64,000 nt of DNA from Candidatus Latescibacterota bacterium (GCA_965248435.1 OZ252100.1:3104001-3168000); one strand, 5' to 3'; shown: positions 7,931 through 18,697, counted from the stretch's first letter. A program made the numbers and translations. Notes: a model not told the origin generated them from the sequence alone.

Positions 7931-10468
7931 ATGATCGTCGACAAGAAGCTGCATCCGGAACGTTGGCAGGCGCAGTGGATCTGGGGGCCTGGAGAGTCAG
8001 CGCCAGAAAACACGTACCTCTATTTCCGGAAGACGTTCGAAAGTGATTCAGGGGCGGAGAAGGCTGTCTGTCACGTCACTGGGGACACGAACTATCTGTT
8101 GCACATCAATGGACATCGCATCGGTCGTGGTCCTGTTCACTGCGATCCGCGCTGGCAGTCCTACGATACCTACGATGTGAATGAGTGGATTCGAGACGGG
8201 GAGAACGTCATCGGCCTGATCGGATATCACTATGGGAGTCGGGAGGCGGCGGAGACCGGAAAGATGGCGGTGCATCCGAGTCAGGGCGGCGTTTTTCTCC
8301 AGCTGGAGATGGAGGGTGGAGAAGGAACCGAGATGGTGGTGAGCGACGGGTCTTGGGCGACGAAGATCGCCGATAGCTGGAATCCGTCTCCGAAGTACGA
8401 TGATTTGACCTTTGCAGAGCTTTACGACGCGCGCAGGGAGCCGACCGGCTGGCTCGAGAAGGGTTTTGACGACACGGGTTGGGAGCGCGCGACCCCCCTG
8501 CTTGGGATCAAGAATGCTATGGCAACTCGCGGGATGACATTTCCGTGGGTGCAGATGGAGCCGAGGGACATCCCGTTCCTGCAGGAGACGGTGATTCGGG
8601 CAGCGACGATCCTGGAAGTGGGTGAGGTTTTGGAGCTCAGCGCGGGCAGCAGCGTCGTCGCGGCACGGATGGACAAGGAGGTGATCGTGCCTTCGTCAGA
8701 AACCGGGGTGGAGGGTGCCGAGCACCTGCTCACAGAGGACGGGGTTACGACGGTGCAGCCGTTCGACTGGAACAAGAACTACGACGACTTCGACGGGGTC
8801 TATGATGCGGTGGTGGTGCTGGATATGGGAGAGCTGGTGAATGCGCAGTTCGGGATCGATGTGGAGGGGATTGAAGGAACGATGATCGACATCGGGTACG
8901 CGGAGCGTCTGGTTGGTGGGAAGGTGTCGCCGTTTCACCCGGCGACGAAACGTCAGCACGAGCAGGCGGATCAGTATATTTTGAGAGAGGGTCGTCAGAC
9001 CTGGCGGACGTTCGACTGGCGATACTTCCAGTATGTGCAGCTGACGTTTCGGAACGTGAGGGCGCCGCTGAAGATCCACGACGTGAGGTTCACGCGGATC
9101 GAGTATCCGAGCGGGGACCGGGGATCGTTTTCCTGCAGCGATCCGCTGCTGAACTGGGCCTGGGAGGCGGGGGTGCGGACATCGAAGCTGTGTATGACGG
9201 ATCGATTTATGGACGCACCGAACAGAGAGCGCCGACAGCACATCACGGATGTGACGACGGTCCTGCCGGTGAACTTCGCCGCCTTCGGGGATCTGGACAT
9301 TCACCACCGGTATCTCCGCGTCGTATCTCAGAGCCAGAGTGAGTACGGGCTCATCCACAACGCGAACCCGGGCCAGGGGCCTGAAGCCACACCGATGGTG
9401 GACGGCGCCTATCCGTTTTTTGAGCGGATCTGGCAGCAGTACGAATGTTATGGGAATGTGGATCATCTAAAAGAGCTGTTCCCCAGGCTGCACGCTCACG
9501 TGGAGTGGCTGCGCCGATACGCGAGAGAGGATGGCCTACAAGGCGAGCCTCCGACTATGATCTTCTTCGATCAGGCCGATATCGACCGGAAGGGAATCAA
9601 CCTTTGTATGAACGCCTTCTACGCGCGCGCGTTGGACCTTGTGGGGAGAATGGCTGGCGTCGTGGGTCGTGAAGATGTGGCCAAGACCTACCGTGAGGAA
9701 CACAAAGCGATCAAGCCGGTCCTGAATTCAGCGTTTTGGGATGAGTCGCGCGGTGTGTTCGTGGACAATATTATTGACGGCAAACAATCGGAACATATCA
9801 GCGAGCACGCCAACATGCTGATGATCCTGTTCGGATATGCAGACCCCGAACAGACTTCACGTGCGCTTCGGTACATCGAGGAGCGGAGATCCACACTTGA
9901 AGTCGGGCAAATTGAGTCGCTGTTCTTCATCTGGGCGGGAGAGGCCCTTTTCGGAATTGGGGAGACGCAACGGGCGCTAGATATGATGCGTACGCGCTAC
10001 GGGCGGATGCATCGCGCGGGTCTGAAGACGACGGGTGAAATGTGGAGCCTCCACGGAAGCCGGGACAGGGGTGGTGAGTGGCGAAGCAGATCGAGGCGGT
10101 GCGCGGCGCATTCGGGTGCCACGAGCCCGCCATACCTGCTGAGCCGGTTTGTGCTGGGCGTCAGTCCTGCGCAACCCGGGTTTGGGAAGGTAGAGATCGC
10201 GCCGCAGGTCGCAGATCTCAAGTGGGCAAAGGGATGCTGGCCTGCCCCGCAGGGTGACATTCTGGTTGACTGGAGCATCGAGGATGGCGCGTTTGTCCTG
10301 CGGTGCGAATTACCGCCGGGAGTAGAGGGAGAAGTAGTGCTGCCACCCGAGGTGCGTGCCCTCGGAGGTCGTGTTGAAGTCGACCGCAGCGGAACCGTGG
10401 AAGAAGCAAGTTCTGAGGAGCGCATAAGGGTGACGGGAGGCGTGCGACTGAAGCTGGAGGCGCGGTGA
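7931..10468 (+). CDS. alpha-L-rhamnosidase family (GH78) glycoside hydrolase
   Basis: AQWIW, YFRKTF, ELYDAR, FQYVQL, FSCSDPLLN, DAPNRER, TTGEMW and PGFGKVEIAP motifs. Confidence 0.85.
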   Translation: MIVDKKLHPERWQAQWIWGPGESAPENTYLYFRKTFESDSGAEKAVCHVTGDTNYLLHINGHRIGRGPVHCDPRWQSYDTYDVNEWIRDGENVIGLIGYHYGSREAAETGKMAVHPSQGGVFLQLEMEGGEGTEMVVSDGSWATKIADSWNPSPKYDDLTFAELYDARREPTGWLEKGFDDTGWERATPLLGIKNAMATRGMTFPWVQMEPRDIPFLQETVIRAATILEVGEVLELSAGSSVVAARMDKEVIVPSSETGVEGAEHLLTEDGVTTVQPFDWNKNYDDFDGVYDAVVVLDMGELVNAQFGIDVEGIEGTMIDIGYAERLVGGKVSPFHPATKRQHEQADQYILREGRQTWRTFDWRYFQYVQLTFRNVRAPLKIHDVRFTRIEYPSGDRGSFSCSDPLLNWAWEAGVRTSKLCMTDRFMDAPNRERRQHITDVTTVLPVNFAAFGDLDIHHRYLRVVSQSQSEYGLIHNANPGQGPEATPMVDGAYPFFERIWQQYECYGNVDHLKELFPRLHAHVEWLRRYAREDGLQGEPPTMIFFDQADIDRKGINLCMNAFYARALDLVGRMAGVVGREDVAKTYREEHKAIKPVLNSAFWDESRGVFVDNIIDGKQSEHISEHANMLMILFGYADPEQTSRALRYIEERRSTLEVGQIESLFFIWAGEALFGIGETQRALDMMRTRYGRMHRAGLKTTGEMWSLHGSRDRGGEWRSRSRRCAAHSGATSPPYLLSRFVLGVSPAQPGFGKVEIAPQVADLKWAKGCWPAPQGDILVDWSIEDGAFVLRCELPPGVEGEVVLPPEVRALGGRVEVDRSGTVEEASSEERIRVTGGVRLKLEAR

Positions 10469-10625
10469 GTATGCTGCAGACGTCCAAATTGGGCCCCGGA
10501 ACGGAAAAAGAGGTTGCTGGGGATTTTGGACTGGTGTATCTTGCATACTCGGAACTTTTTGATCTTGTGATAGTTAGAGCTTTTCAGAGAACAGAATCCG
10601 GAACTTCCCGAAGGGGGGAACGTCC

Positions 10626-11489
10626 TTGAGAATAAGAGAGAAAATGCTGATCGTCGTCTGCATAATCGGCGCGGGTGCTTGTCAGGATCAGCCAAGTGAG
10701 GTGGTCGTCGCGACGGTTGGCAGGGAACGATTGACGCTTCGCGATATCGAGTCGCGCATTCCTCTGCAGCTTGCGGAGAGGATTACGATTCAAGAGAAGC
10801 GTCTTATGGCGCAGAAATGGATCGAGGACGAACTTCTCTACGGCGAAGCGAAGAAACAGAAATTGGACGCTGATCCGAGGGTGGCGGATCGGATCGCGAC
10901 AGCGGCTCAAGACATCCTGATCGCCGAGCTCCTCGACCGGGAGTTCAGAAAGAACACGGAAGTTTTCAACGACGAAATCGGTGCCTACTATGAAACCCAT
11001 CGGGAAGAATTTATCCGCGAACAGCCTGAAATACGGGCGAGGCACATCCTGGTTCGCAGTCGGAGCGACCAGGAACGTGTAAGGAAAGACCTTCGCAAAG
11101 GCCAGCTTTTCGATCAGATGGCGCGCGAGTGGTCGATTGACGCCTCTGCAGAAGATGGTGGGGACCTCGGCTATTTCACCGAGGAGATGGTGGACCTCTC
11201 ATTCTGGGAGGCGTGTGTCAAGGCAAAGCCCGGTCGACGCCTGCCCACCACGACGCGGCTGGGACATCACATCATCGAAGTACTGGACAAACGAGAGGGT
11301 GGTTCTGCCAAGGACCTGCTGGAAGTGAGGGAAGAGATTCGTCAGCGCATCCTTGCCGATCGAAGACAGGCCAGGCGGAACGAGCTGCTGGAATGGCTTC
11401 GTGCTCAGACTCCGTGGTCGATCGATGCGGAGGTACTACAGAGGACCGAAGCGGTTCAGCAAGGCGATGAATTTGCCACAGGGAGTTGA
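10626..11489 (+). CDS. PpiC-type peptidyl-prolyl isomerase, lipoprotein-like
   Basis: Signal peptide with Cys (GAGAC), RARHILV, GGDLGYF, GHHII. Confidence 0.85.
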   Translation: MRIREKMLIVVCIIGAGACQDQPSEVVVATVGRERLTLRDIESRIPLQLAERITIQEKRLMAQKWIEDELLYGEAKKQKLDADPRVADRIATAAQDILIAELLDREFRKNTEVFNDEIGAYYETHREEFIREQPEIRARHILVRSRSDQERVRKDLRKGQLFDQMAREWSIDASAEDGGDLGYFTEEMVDLSFWEACVKAKPGRRLPTTTRLGHHIIEVLDKREGGSAKDLLEVREEIRQRILADRRQARRNELLEWLRAQTPWSIDAEVLQRTEAVQQGDEFATGS

Positions 11490-11490
11490 T

Positions 11491-12756
11491 ATGCGTTCAG
11501 GGCTGCTGAAAACGTACTTCAGTATCGTCTTTCTGGTGTTTGGGGTCGTGACCGTGGATGCCGAGCCCCAACTCGTAGACCGAATCGTGGCGGTTATCGA
11601 TGAAGAGATTGTCCTTCACTCTGATGTTATGCAGCGTCTGGCCTTAACGGCGATGCAGCGGGGGGTTGACCCCAGAGAGATTCCCGAGGCGGAGGCTGAA
11701 GCGCTCTACAAGGCGATCCTTGAGAACCTGGTTCAGGAAAACCTGCTTCTTGCAAAGGCAAGAGAGGACAGCATCGAGGTAGACGAGGAGCAGATTGACG
11801 AGGCCGTTTACGGGCGAATGAGTCAAATTCGGGGCCAACTCGGTGAAGAGGCGCTTGAAGCACAGCTTCGGGCGGAAGGACTGACCGCTAAAGACCTGCG
11901 GGACCAATTCAGACAAAACTTCGAGAGTGAGTATCTAAGCCAGCAGGTGATGTCCAGGTTGGGTGGGGAAGTCCAGATTTCCTACAAGGATGTGGAGGAT
12001 TTCAGGACTCGATACCAGGACGAGATTCCGCCCATGGTCGGCGTGAGCCACATTCTGATCGAAGCAAGGCCCTCTGAAGAGCGAGACGCCATCGCATTGA
12101 AGAAGGCCGCGGATCTATTGGAACGGATACGGAAGGGGGAGGATTTCGGAGAACTGGCAAGACAGTTTTCGGAGGACCAAGGAAGTGCCTCCTCGGGTGG
12201 GGATCTGGGTTTCTTTTCGAGGGGTCAGTTTCTACCCGAGTTCGAAGAGGCTGCATTTTCGCTCAAGCCGGGCGAGGTCAGCAGCCCGGTCAGAACGGAT
12301 TTCGGGCACCACATCATTCGCGTGGATGCCGTTTCAGGTCGCGAAATCAAGGCCAGGCACATTCTGATCTCTGTGAGGGCGACCGAAGCCGACAAGGCGG
12401 TTGCCTACCAACGTGCTCTGAGCTTCTACACGAGCATTCAGGAAGGTAAAGATTATTCAGAATTGGCCAGGGAACATTCGGCCCACAAGGAGACGGCAGA
12501 GCTCGGTGGCCATCTCGGGATTCGTAGTTTAGACGAACTTCCTCCTGCCTTTGCAGAGACCATTTTGAAGATGAAGCTTGGAGAGGTCAGCACTCCTGTT
12601 GTGACCGAGTTCGGCTGGCACCTGGTTAGGTTGGACAACGATCGTGAGGTGATCGAGGAGATTGTCAGCAGGTTGAAGCTCGCCGAACTCTTCCAGAACG
12701 TACTCGGCGAGCTCAGGGAAAAACTGTACGTAGATGTGCGATTCTCGAAGCTGTAG
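11491..12756 (+). CDS. surA: SurA-family chaperone/PPIase
   Basis: VDRIVAVIDEEIVL N-domain plus two parvulin domains (SHILI, GGDLGFF, ARHILI). Confidence 0.8.
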   Translation: MRSGLLKTYFSIVFLVFGVVTVDAEPQLVDRIVAVIDEEIVLHSDVMQRLALTAMQRGVDPREIPEAEAEALYKAILENLVQENLLLAKAREDSIEVDEEQIDEAVYGRMSQIRGQLGEEALEAQLRAEGLTAKDLRDQFRQNFESEYLSQQVMSRLGGEVQISYKDVEDFRTRYQDEIPPMVGVSHILIEARPSEERDAIALKKAADLLERIRKGEDFGELARQFSEDQGSASSGGDLGFFSRGQFLPEFEEAAFSLKPGEVSSPVRTDFGHHIIRVDAVSGREIKARHILISVRATEADKAVAYQRALSFYTSIQEGKDYSELAREHSAHKETAELGGHLGIRSLDELPPAFAETILKMKLGEVSTPVVTEFGWHLVRLDNDREVIEEIVSRLKLAELFQNVLGELREKLYVDVRFSKL

Positions 12757-12786
12757 CCGAACTCCACGCCCGAAGCCTGATCAACT

Positions 12787-13059
12787 ATGCGTTTGGATCT
12801 GTTTTTGAAGAGATGCTGCCTAACCCGGCGACGGTCCGAGGCGAAACAGGCGTGCGATAACGGGATCGTTACGATCGACGATCGGCCTGCGAAGGCGAGC
12901 CGAGTCGTAAAGCCCGGAAACAGGATTGGCTTAGCGTTTACAGATCGATACCTGGAAGTAGAGGTCCTCACACTTCCGAGAGGGAATGTTTCGAAGACTG
13001 TGGCACGAACACATTTTCGGGTGATTCAGGACGAGGCCCGAGAACTGGACGAATTTTGA
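12787..13059 (+). CDS. S4-domain RNA-binding protein (Hsp15/RqcP-like)
   Basis: MRLDLFL...RRSEAKQACDNG...KASRVVKPG. Confidence 0.85.
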   Translation: MRLDLFLKRCCLTRRRSEAKQACDNGIVTIDDRPAKASRVVKPGNRIGLAFTDRYLEVEVLTLPRGNVSKTVARTHFRVIQDEARELDEF

Positions 13060-13172
13060 AATTGAACTAGACTTAGCATGGGTCATCGCAAAGTAAAGAG
13101 GAGAGTAAGGGGTCCAGCCGCGGGCTGGCCATTTTTCTTGGACGCCTCGGTGATCCTTCACCTTGACGTGAT

Positions 13173-13937
13173 ATGCCGAAGCGTAAGCAGATAAAGTCTG
13201 TCCCCCCCTACAGAAGTTTGGCGTCTATCTACGACGAAGTGATGCAGCATGTCGACTACGTGGAGTGGGCAGACTATATAGAATCTGTTTTTGACAGGCA
13301 CAAGTTGCATCCTGAGCGGCTGCTGGATCTTTCCTGTGGAACGGGAACCCTGGCCGTCCTTCTGAAACGGCGGGGTTATCGGATGGCAGGGGCAGATGCA
13401 AGTGCGGACATGCTCCTTGTTGCGAGGGAGAAGGCGGAGCACGCGGGCCAAGATATTCCTTTCTTCTGCAAAGATATGCGTCGACTCGATGGGCTGCCGA
13501 AGTTTGAGGCGGTCCTTTGTCTTTACGATAGTATTAATTACCTTATGACGCTGGATGATGTGGCCGGGGCCCTTGATGCGGTCCGGGGCGTGCTGGAGCC
13601 AGGTGGCCTTTTCGTTTTCGATATTTGCACTGAGACGAACTCTCTTAAGTATTTCCGGGATATGACAGACAAGGGACAGGGAGACGGTTTTCTCTATACC
13701 CGGCACAGCTACTATGAAGAGGGTGTCCAATTCAACAGATTCGACATCCAATTTTCAGATTCGAACGAGGCGATTTCCGAAACGCACCAACAGAGGATCT
13801 ACTCGGTTCCTGACATCGAACAAGCGCTCAACGGCTCCGCCTTTCAAATTGAGGGGGCGTATGACGGGTTTGGTTTTTCACCGCCCACGAATCGCACGGA
13901 TCGACTGCATTTCGTGTTGAGAGCCCAGAGTCCCTGA
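13173..13937 (+). CDS. class I SAM-dependent methyltransferase
   Basis: LLDLSCGTG, DASADML, CLYDSINYL, PGGLFVFD. Confidence 0.9.
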   Translation: MPKRKQIKSVPPYRSLASIYDEVMQHVDYVEWADYIESVFDRHKLHPERLLDLSCGTGTLAVLLKRRGYRMAGADASADMLLVAREKAEHAGQDIPFFCKDMRRLDGLPKFEAVLCLYDSINYLMTLDDVAGALDAVRGVLEPGGLFVFDICTETNSLKYFRDMTDKGQGDGFLYTRHSYYEEGVQFNRFDIQFSDSNEAISETHQQRIYSVPDIEQALNGSAFQIEGAYDGFGFSPPTNRTDRLHFVLRAQSP

Positions 13938-13997
13938 GTGGATCACGAAAGAGCACGAAACCCCATCCGGATTCAGTAGGACGGTGGGTCACAGAAG

Positions 13998-14675
13998 ATG
14001 ATAGAGTTTCGTCACGTTTGGGTGGAACGACAGGGCAGACAGATCCTCGCAGACGTGAATTTCGAGGTGGACCGGGGGGAGTTCGTCTACCTGCTCGGTC
14101 CAACCGGGGCGGGAAAGAGCACTGTCCTGAATCTCATTCTTTATGAAGAGTCTCCCACCCGAGGGAACGTATTCGTTGGGGATTACGATTCTGCTACGAT
14201 CGAAGAGCGGAATATCCCGCTTCTTAGACGACGAGTGGGCGTGATCTTTCAGGATTACAAACTTCTTCGTGACCGGACGGTTTTTGAGAACGTGGCGATC
14301 GGCCTGGAGGTGATCGGACGGCGTCCCTCGGCCATCAAGCAGCGGACGCTCGAATTGCTTTCAGAGTTGGATCTAATACACAAAAGGACATCTTACCCCG
14401 AGTCTCTCTCCGGAGGAGAACAGCAACGTGTGGCCACCGCCAGGGCGCTTGTGAACGAACCTGCGATCCTGCTGGCCGACGAACCGACGGCCAACCAGGA
14501 TCCTGAAAGTACAGATCGGGCGATGGAAATTCTCGCGGACGTCAACGGACGAGGAACTGCGATCGTAATGGCCACTCACGACTCAGCTCTGGTGGGTCGA
14601 TTTTCACGTCGTACCCTCTACTTACACGGAGGCAGATTGGAATCTTCGGGTGTGGACGTGCAAGCTCGAATTTAA
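13998..14675 (+). CDS. ftsE: cell division ATP-binding protein FtsE
   Basis: GPTGAGKS, LRRRVGVIFQDYKLL, LSGGEQQR; precedes ftsX. Confidence 0.9.
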   Translation: MIEFRHVWVERQGRQILADVNFEVDRGEFVYLLGPTGAGKSTVLNLILYEESPTRGNVFVGDYDSATIEERNIPLLRRRVGVIFQDYKLLRDRTVFENVAIGLEVIGRRPSAIKQRTLELLSELDLIHKRTSYPESLSGGEQQRVATARALVNEPAILLADEPTANQDPESTDRAMEILADVNGRGTAIVMATHDSALVGRFSRRTLYLHGGRLESSGVDVQARI

Positions 14676-14701
14676 GGTTTGGAGTATTTCGGGGTCGATT
14701 C

Positions 14702-15577
14702 ATGGTTCTATTTCGGATGTTTCAAGAGGCGTTTCGGGGGTTCTCACGGACCGGAGTCGTAAGTGCGATTTCCGTCCTGACGACGGCCGCCTCGCTTCTC
14801 GTTCTTGGATTGTTCGTTCAGGCCGCCGCGGGTGGCTATACCCTAGCTCAAACGCTCCGTGGACGCGTAGAAGTAGACGTCTACCTGAAAGATGGAGTGA
14901 GCAGAAGAAATGCCCTGGCTCTCGCACAGGAGTTCGAGGAGATGGAAGGGGTCGCTGAGGCTCGATATGTTGATCAGGCGGAGGCCGCAGCCGAGTTTAG
15001 GACAATGTTCGGAGGCGATCTGCTGAACGTGATTTCTCGCAACCCTATGCCCGCTTCGGTCCGCGTGAGGCTGACTGAGGACGGAAATGTATCCTCTCGG
15101 GCTCGCTCCGTCGCAGCCTCCGTAGAAGGACGTCGATGGGTCGAAAGTGTCGACGAAGGCAGATCCTGGACAGGCCTTCTGGACCGCGCAGTCGAAGCGA
15201 CTGCCGAAATCGCTGTTCTTCTGGGATCCGTACTCTGCCTGGCCTGCATCTTTGCGGTTGGAAACAGTTCAAAAATCATGATCCTCACGCAGTGGGAGGC
15301 AATTGAGGTGATGCGAATCGTCGGGGCGACCAGGCGTTTCATCCGTATGACATTCCTTTTGAGCGGCGCGATTCTGGGCTGTGCCGGAGGTCTGATCGCC
15401 GGTGTCGCCCTATGGTTCAGCTCAGACTGGTGGGTGTCCTGGATACCCGACTTGAAGCCGTTCTCGCCGGTCTATTCCGGGCTTGGCGTTGTCGGACTTG
15501 GTGCGCTTCTGGGCACGCTCGGGAGTTGGACATCTTTGAACCGCGTGCTGAATGCCGTAAGCTGGAAGTCGGGTTGA
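14702..15577 (+). CDS. ftsX: cell division permease FtsX
   Basis: 4-TM layout, VYL, NPMPAS, IEVMRIVGAT..FI. Confidence 0.85.
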   Translation: MVLFRMFQEAFRGFSRTGVVSAISVLTTAASLLVLGLFVQAAAGGYTLAQTLRGRVEVDVYLKDGVSRRNALALAQEFEEMEGVAEARYVDQAEAAAEFRTMFGGDLLNVISRNPMPASVRVRLTEDGNVSSRARSVAASVEGRRWVESVDEGRSWTGLLDRAVEATAEIAVLLGSVLCLACIFAVGNSSKIMILTQWEAIEVMRIVGATRRFIRMTFLLSGAILGCAGGLIAGVALWFSSDWWVSWIPDLKPFSPVYSGLGVVGLGALLGTLGSWTSLNRVLNAVSWKSG

Positions 15578-15580
15578 AAC

Positions 15581-16780
15581 TTGTCGACGCATCATTACAC
15601 CTTGTTGGCAGCCCTTTTCGTTTTGCTTCCCGCTGGTGAGCGGACCTACGGGATGGATGACCTGGAGCGGGCTTTGAAGGCAGAGCAAGAGGCGCTCGAC
15701 AGCTTGAAAATAGAATTGGAGACAGACCGGAAGCGCCTCGAGCGGAAGTCGGTCCAGAGACAGTCTGTGAACGAGGCCTTAAACCGATCGGAGCAGGAGG
15801 TCCTCCAGATCAGAGGAGAACTTCGAAACCTTGCCCGTCGGGAGAAGGTCCTTGCCGGGCGAGTCGGGGCGACCAGGGAAGAACTGGCGGCCGTCGAGGG
15901 AAGACTCAGGGCCAGAGAAGATGGTATGGCACTCCGCCTTCGCGAGATTTACAAATTGGCGAGGGGGGGCAAGATGCAGGTTCTTTTTTCTGGCGATTCG
16001 TTTGCGGATGCCCCTAGACGTCTGAAGTATTTGTCCAGCATCGCGCGACAGGACCAGCGGGACTATCATTCGATCCGTGAAGATCGCAGGAGAATTTCCA
16101 AGGTGCTTGCGTTGCACCGGGCGCAGTTTGGACATCAGCGACGCCTTATAGAAGGGAAGAGGGAGAGGGATACCGCGTTCAGACAGCGGATGACCGAACA
16201 TACAAGAAATCTGGATCAGCTTCGGGCGGACGAAGTTTCGATGGCCCAGGCCATCAAGGAGCGAGAGAAAGCGCTTGCCCGTGCAGAGGAAAAGTTCAAG
16301 CGATTGATCCAGGAGATGGAAACCCGCAGGAGGCTTGGTCAACGACTCGCCGAACTGCCTGCTTTCGATTTCGCGGCGCATCAAGGTCGCCTGCCCGCTC
16401 CGGTTGAGGGCAAGGTGATCGCCAGCTACGGCCGCCAACAAAATGCCAAGCTCAAGACGTGGACCTTTAACCGGGGAATAAATCTCGCCGCGCCGGAAGG
16501 AACGGAAGTCAAGGCAGTGGCTCCCGGTGAAGTCGTGCTGATAGATTGGTTTCCGGGGTACGGGCAGTTCGTGCTTCTCCGGCATCCTGGCGGGTTCTAT
16601 TCATTATATGGCCACCTCAGCCGCGTGCTGGCCAGCGATGGAGATATTCTTGCAGGGGGGGCAGCCGTTGGTGCTGTGGGCGATACCGGGCGTCTGGACG
16701 GCATTCCACAACTCCACTTTGAAATCATGCGCGGCGAAGACCCGCTGGATCCAGCTGCCTGGTTAGTCATACAAAACTAG
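15581..16780 (+). CDS. envC: EnvC-like murein hydrolase activator (coiled coil plus M23 domain)
   Basis: Long coiled coil, degenerate M23 (NRGINL, YGHL, LHFEI); follows ftsEX. Confidence 0.8.
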   Translation: MSTHHYTLLAALFVLLPAGERTYGMDDLERALKAEQEALDSLKIELETDRKRLERKSVQRQSVNEALNRSEQEVLQIRGELRNLARREKVLAGRVGATREELAAVEGRLRAREDGMALRLREIYKLARGGKMQVLFSGDSFADAPRRLKYLSSIARQDQRDYHSIREDRRRISKVLALHRAQFGHQRRLIEGKRERDTAFRQRMTEHTRNLDQLRADEVSMAQAIKEREKALARAEEKFKRLIQEMETRRRLGQRLAELPAFDFAAHQGRLPAPVEGKVIASYGRQQNAKLKTWTFNRGINLAAPEGTEVKAVAPGEVVLIDWFPGYGQFVLLRHPGGFYSLYGHLSRVLASDGDILAGGAAVGAVGDTGRLDGIPQLHFEIMRGEDPLDPAAWLVIQN

Positions 16781-16803
16781 CGTCTGTCAAAGGGTAGGGC
16801 TGC

Positions 16804-17760
16804 ATGGACTATAGAGAAGCGATTGCCTTTTTCGAAGCAGAAGGCCCATACCTCCTTTCTACACACATTAATGCCGACGGAGATGGCATCGGGGCGTGTC
16901 TGGCCCTGGGTGGGCTCTTGGAGCAACTGGACCGACCCTACCGGATTATTGTGTCTGATGAGCAGGTGGGCGACAAGTTCTCGTTTCTTTCACAGTTCGA
17001 CCGTCTCGAAAGCATCCATTCCTTGAGCGATCGTCCCCAGTTTGATCGCGCGGTTTACTTGGATACGCCTACCATCAAGGAGGAGAGGGTTGGGGAGGTG
17101 GCCCTGATGTTGAGTGAATCGGCGCAGGTTCTCGTGATCGACCACCACAAGGGGCGAGGTGATGAGGGGGACGTGCGCCTTGTCGATACAGGTGCGAGTG
17201 CAGTGAGCGAGCTGGTCTTCAGACTGATCCAGGCTGCGAACGTAGAGATTAGCCCGGAGATCGCGAACGAACTTTACACAGGGATTGCGTTCGACACCAA
17301 GCTGTTCAAATACTCTCACCCGGCTCGGGGAATCAAGGCCTGCGCGGAGCTTGTGGACTTTGGTGCGGATCCTCAACTCGTCTCCGATGCGTTGTTTGGC
17401 CACGAATCGTATGAGACCATCAAAACCCTCGGCGTAGGGTTGACCACGCTAGAACTCCACTTTGGAGGGCGCGTTACGAGTCTGAGTGTAGACTACGAAA
17501 CCTTTTCCTTGGGCGGTGATCTGGATTTCGTCGTAGATCACGCCATGTCCGTCGATGGTGTGGAGGTGGCACTTTTTCTCAAGGAAGCAACCCCTGGGCG
17601 TCATCGTGTGAGCCTTAGGTCTCGCGGGGAGCTCGATGTGAACGCGGTTGCCACTCTTTTTGGTGGTGGAGGGCACCAGCGCGCTTCAGGGTGTACGCTG
17701 GAAGGACCGCTGGGAGAGGTAAAACAGAGGCTGTTGCGTGAAGTCGAGAAAAGGCTTTGA
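16804..17760 (+). CDS. nrnA: DHH/DHHA1 oligoribonuclease/PAP phosphatase
   Basis: THINADGDGIG, IDHH, VSLRS, GGGHQRASG. Confidence 0.85.
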   Translation: MDYREAIAFFEAEGPYLLSTHINADGDGIGACLALGGLLEQLDRPYRIIVSDEQVGDKFSFLSQFDRLESIHSLSDRPQFDRAVYLDTPTIKEERVGEVALMLSESAQVLVIDHHKGRGDEGDVRLVDTGASAVSELVFRLIQAANVEISPEIANELYTGIAFDTKLFKYSHPARGIKACAELVDFGADPQLVSDALFGHESYETIKTLGVGLTTLELHFGGRVTSLSVDYETFSLGGDLDFVVDHAMSVDGVEVALFLKEATPGRHRVSLRSRGELDVNAVATLFGGGGHQRASGCTLEGPLGEVKQRLLREVEKRL

Positions 17761-17782
17761 GCGAGGGGATGACTGATAAGCG

Positions 17783-18691
17783 ATGGATTTGTTGACCTTA
17801 AAGAGCTGGAGTGCTGACGACATCGCGGCCACGATAAGGGAAGGGTTGGAGATCAAAGCCCATCCGGAGCAGTACAGGGATGCGCTTTCGACCAAGGTGC
17901 TCGCGATGTTGTTTCAGAAGACCTCCACCCGAACGCGCTGTGGGTTCGAAGTCGGCATGGCCCAGATGGGCGGCCATGCACTGTATTTGGACTGGCGTTC
18001 GACGAATTTCGTGCTGTCCGACCTGAAGGATGAAGCTCAGGTTTTATCCAGGTACGCCGACGGCATCGTCGCACGCATGCTGAAGCACGAAGATCTTCTA
18101 GAGCTTGGAGCGGGGTCGGAGGTTCCTTTGATCAACGGCTGCTGTGACCGGTATCATCCGTGCCAAGCCCTGGGGGATTTGATGACCATATCGGAGGTCC
18201 AGGGGTCTGTAGACGGGGCACACCTGGTGTATGTCGGAATGCGAAACAACGTCTGTAATTCGCTGATTGTCGGATGCACGAAGTCAGGAATGCGAATCAC
18301 GGCGGTCACGCCTATGGCGAACGAGTCGTCAGAAGATGCAGCATTAGTCGCCGATGCACAGAAGACGGGTCTTTATGAAGAGACGCTGGAATTGGACAGA
18401 GTCGTGGCGAATGCGGACTTTCTTTATACAGACACCTGGGTGGATATGGAATTCTTTTTGGATCCCAAATTCGAAGAAGAAAAGAAGAGGCGCATCGAGG
18501 AATTTTCCCCTTATCAGATCAATGCGGATCTTCTGAAGAAGACAGATGCGAAGGTGCTACACTGCCTGCCTGCTCACAAAGGCTATGAGGTGACAGCGGA
18601 GGTGGTGGAAAGCGAGAGGTGGATTGCAGTGGATCAGGCAGAGAACCGACTACACATTCAGAAAGCGATTTTGAATCGGCTTCTAAGATGA
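17783..18691 (+). CDS. argF: ornithine carbamoyltransferase (divergent SMG loop)
   Basis: FQKTSTRT, HPCQ, HCLP, QAENR. Confidence 0.8.
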   Translation: MDLLTLKSWSADDIAATIREGLEIKAHPEQYRDALSTKVLAMLFQKTSTRTRCGFEVGMAQMGGHALYLDWRSTNFVLSDLKDEAQVLSRYADGIVARMLKHEDLLELGAGSEVPLINGCCDRYHPCQALGDLMTISEVQGSVDGAHLVYVGMRNNVCNSLIVGCTKSGMRITAVTPMANESSEDAALVADAQKTGLYEETLELDRVVANADFLYTDTWVDMEFFLDPKFEEEKKRRIEEFSPYQINADLLKKTDAKVLHCLPAHKGYEVTAEVVESERWIAVDQAENRLHIQKAILNRLLR

Positions 18692-18697
18692 GAGACG

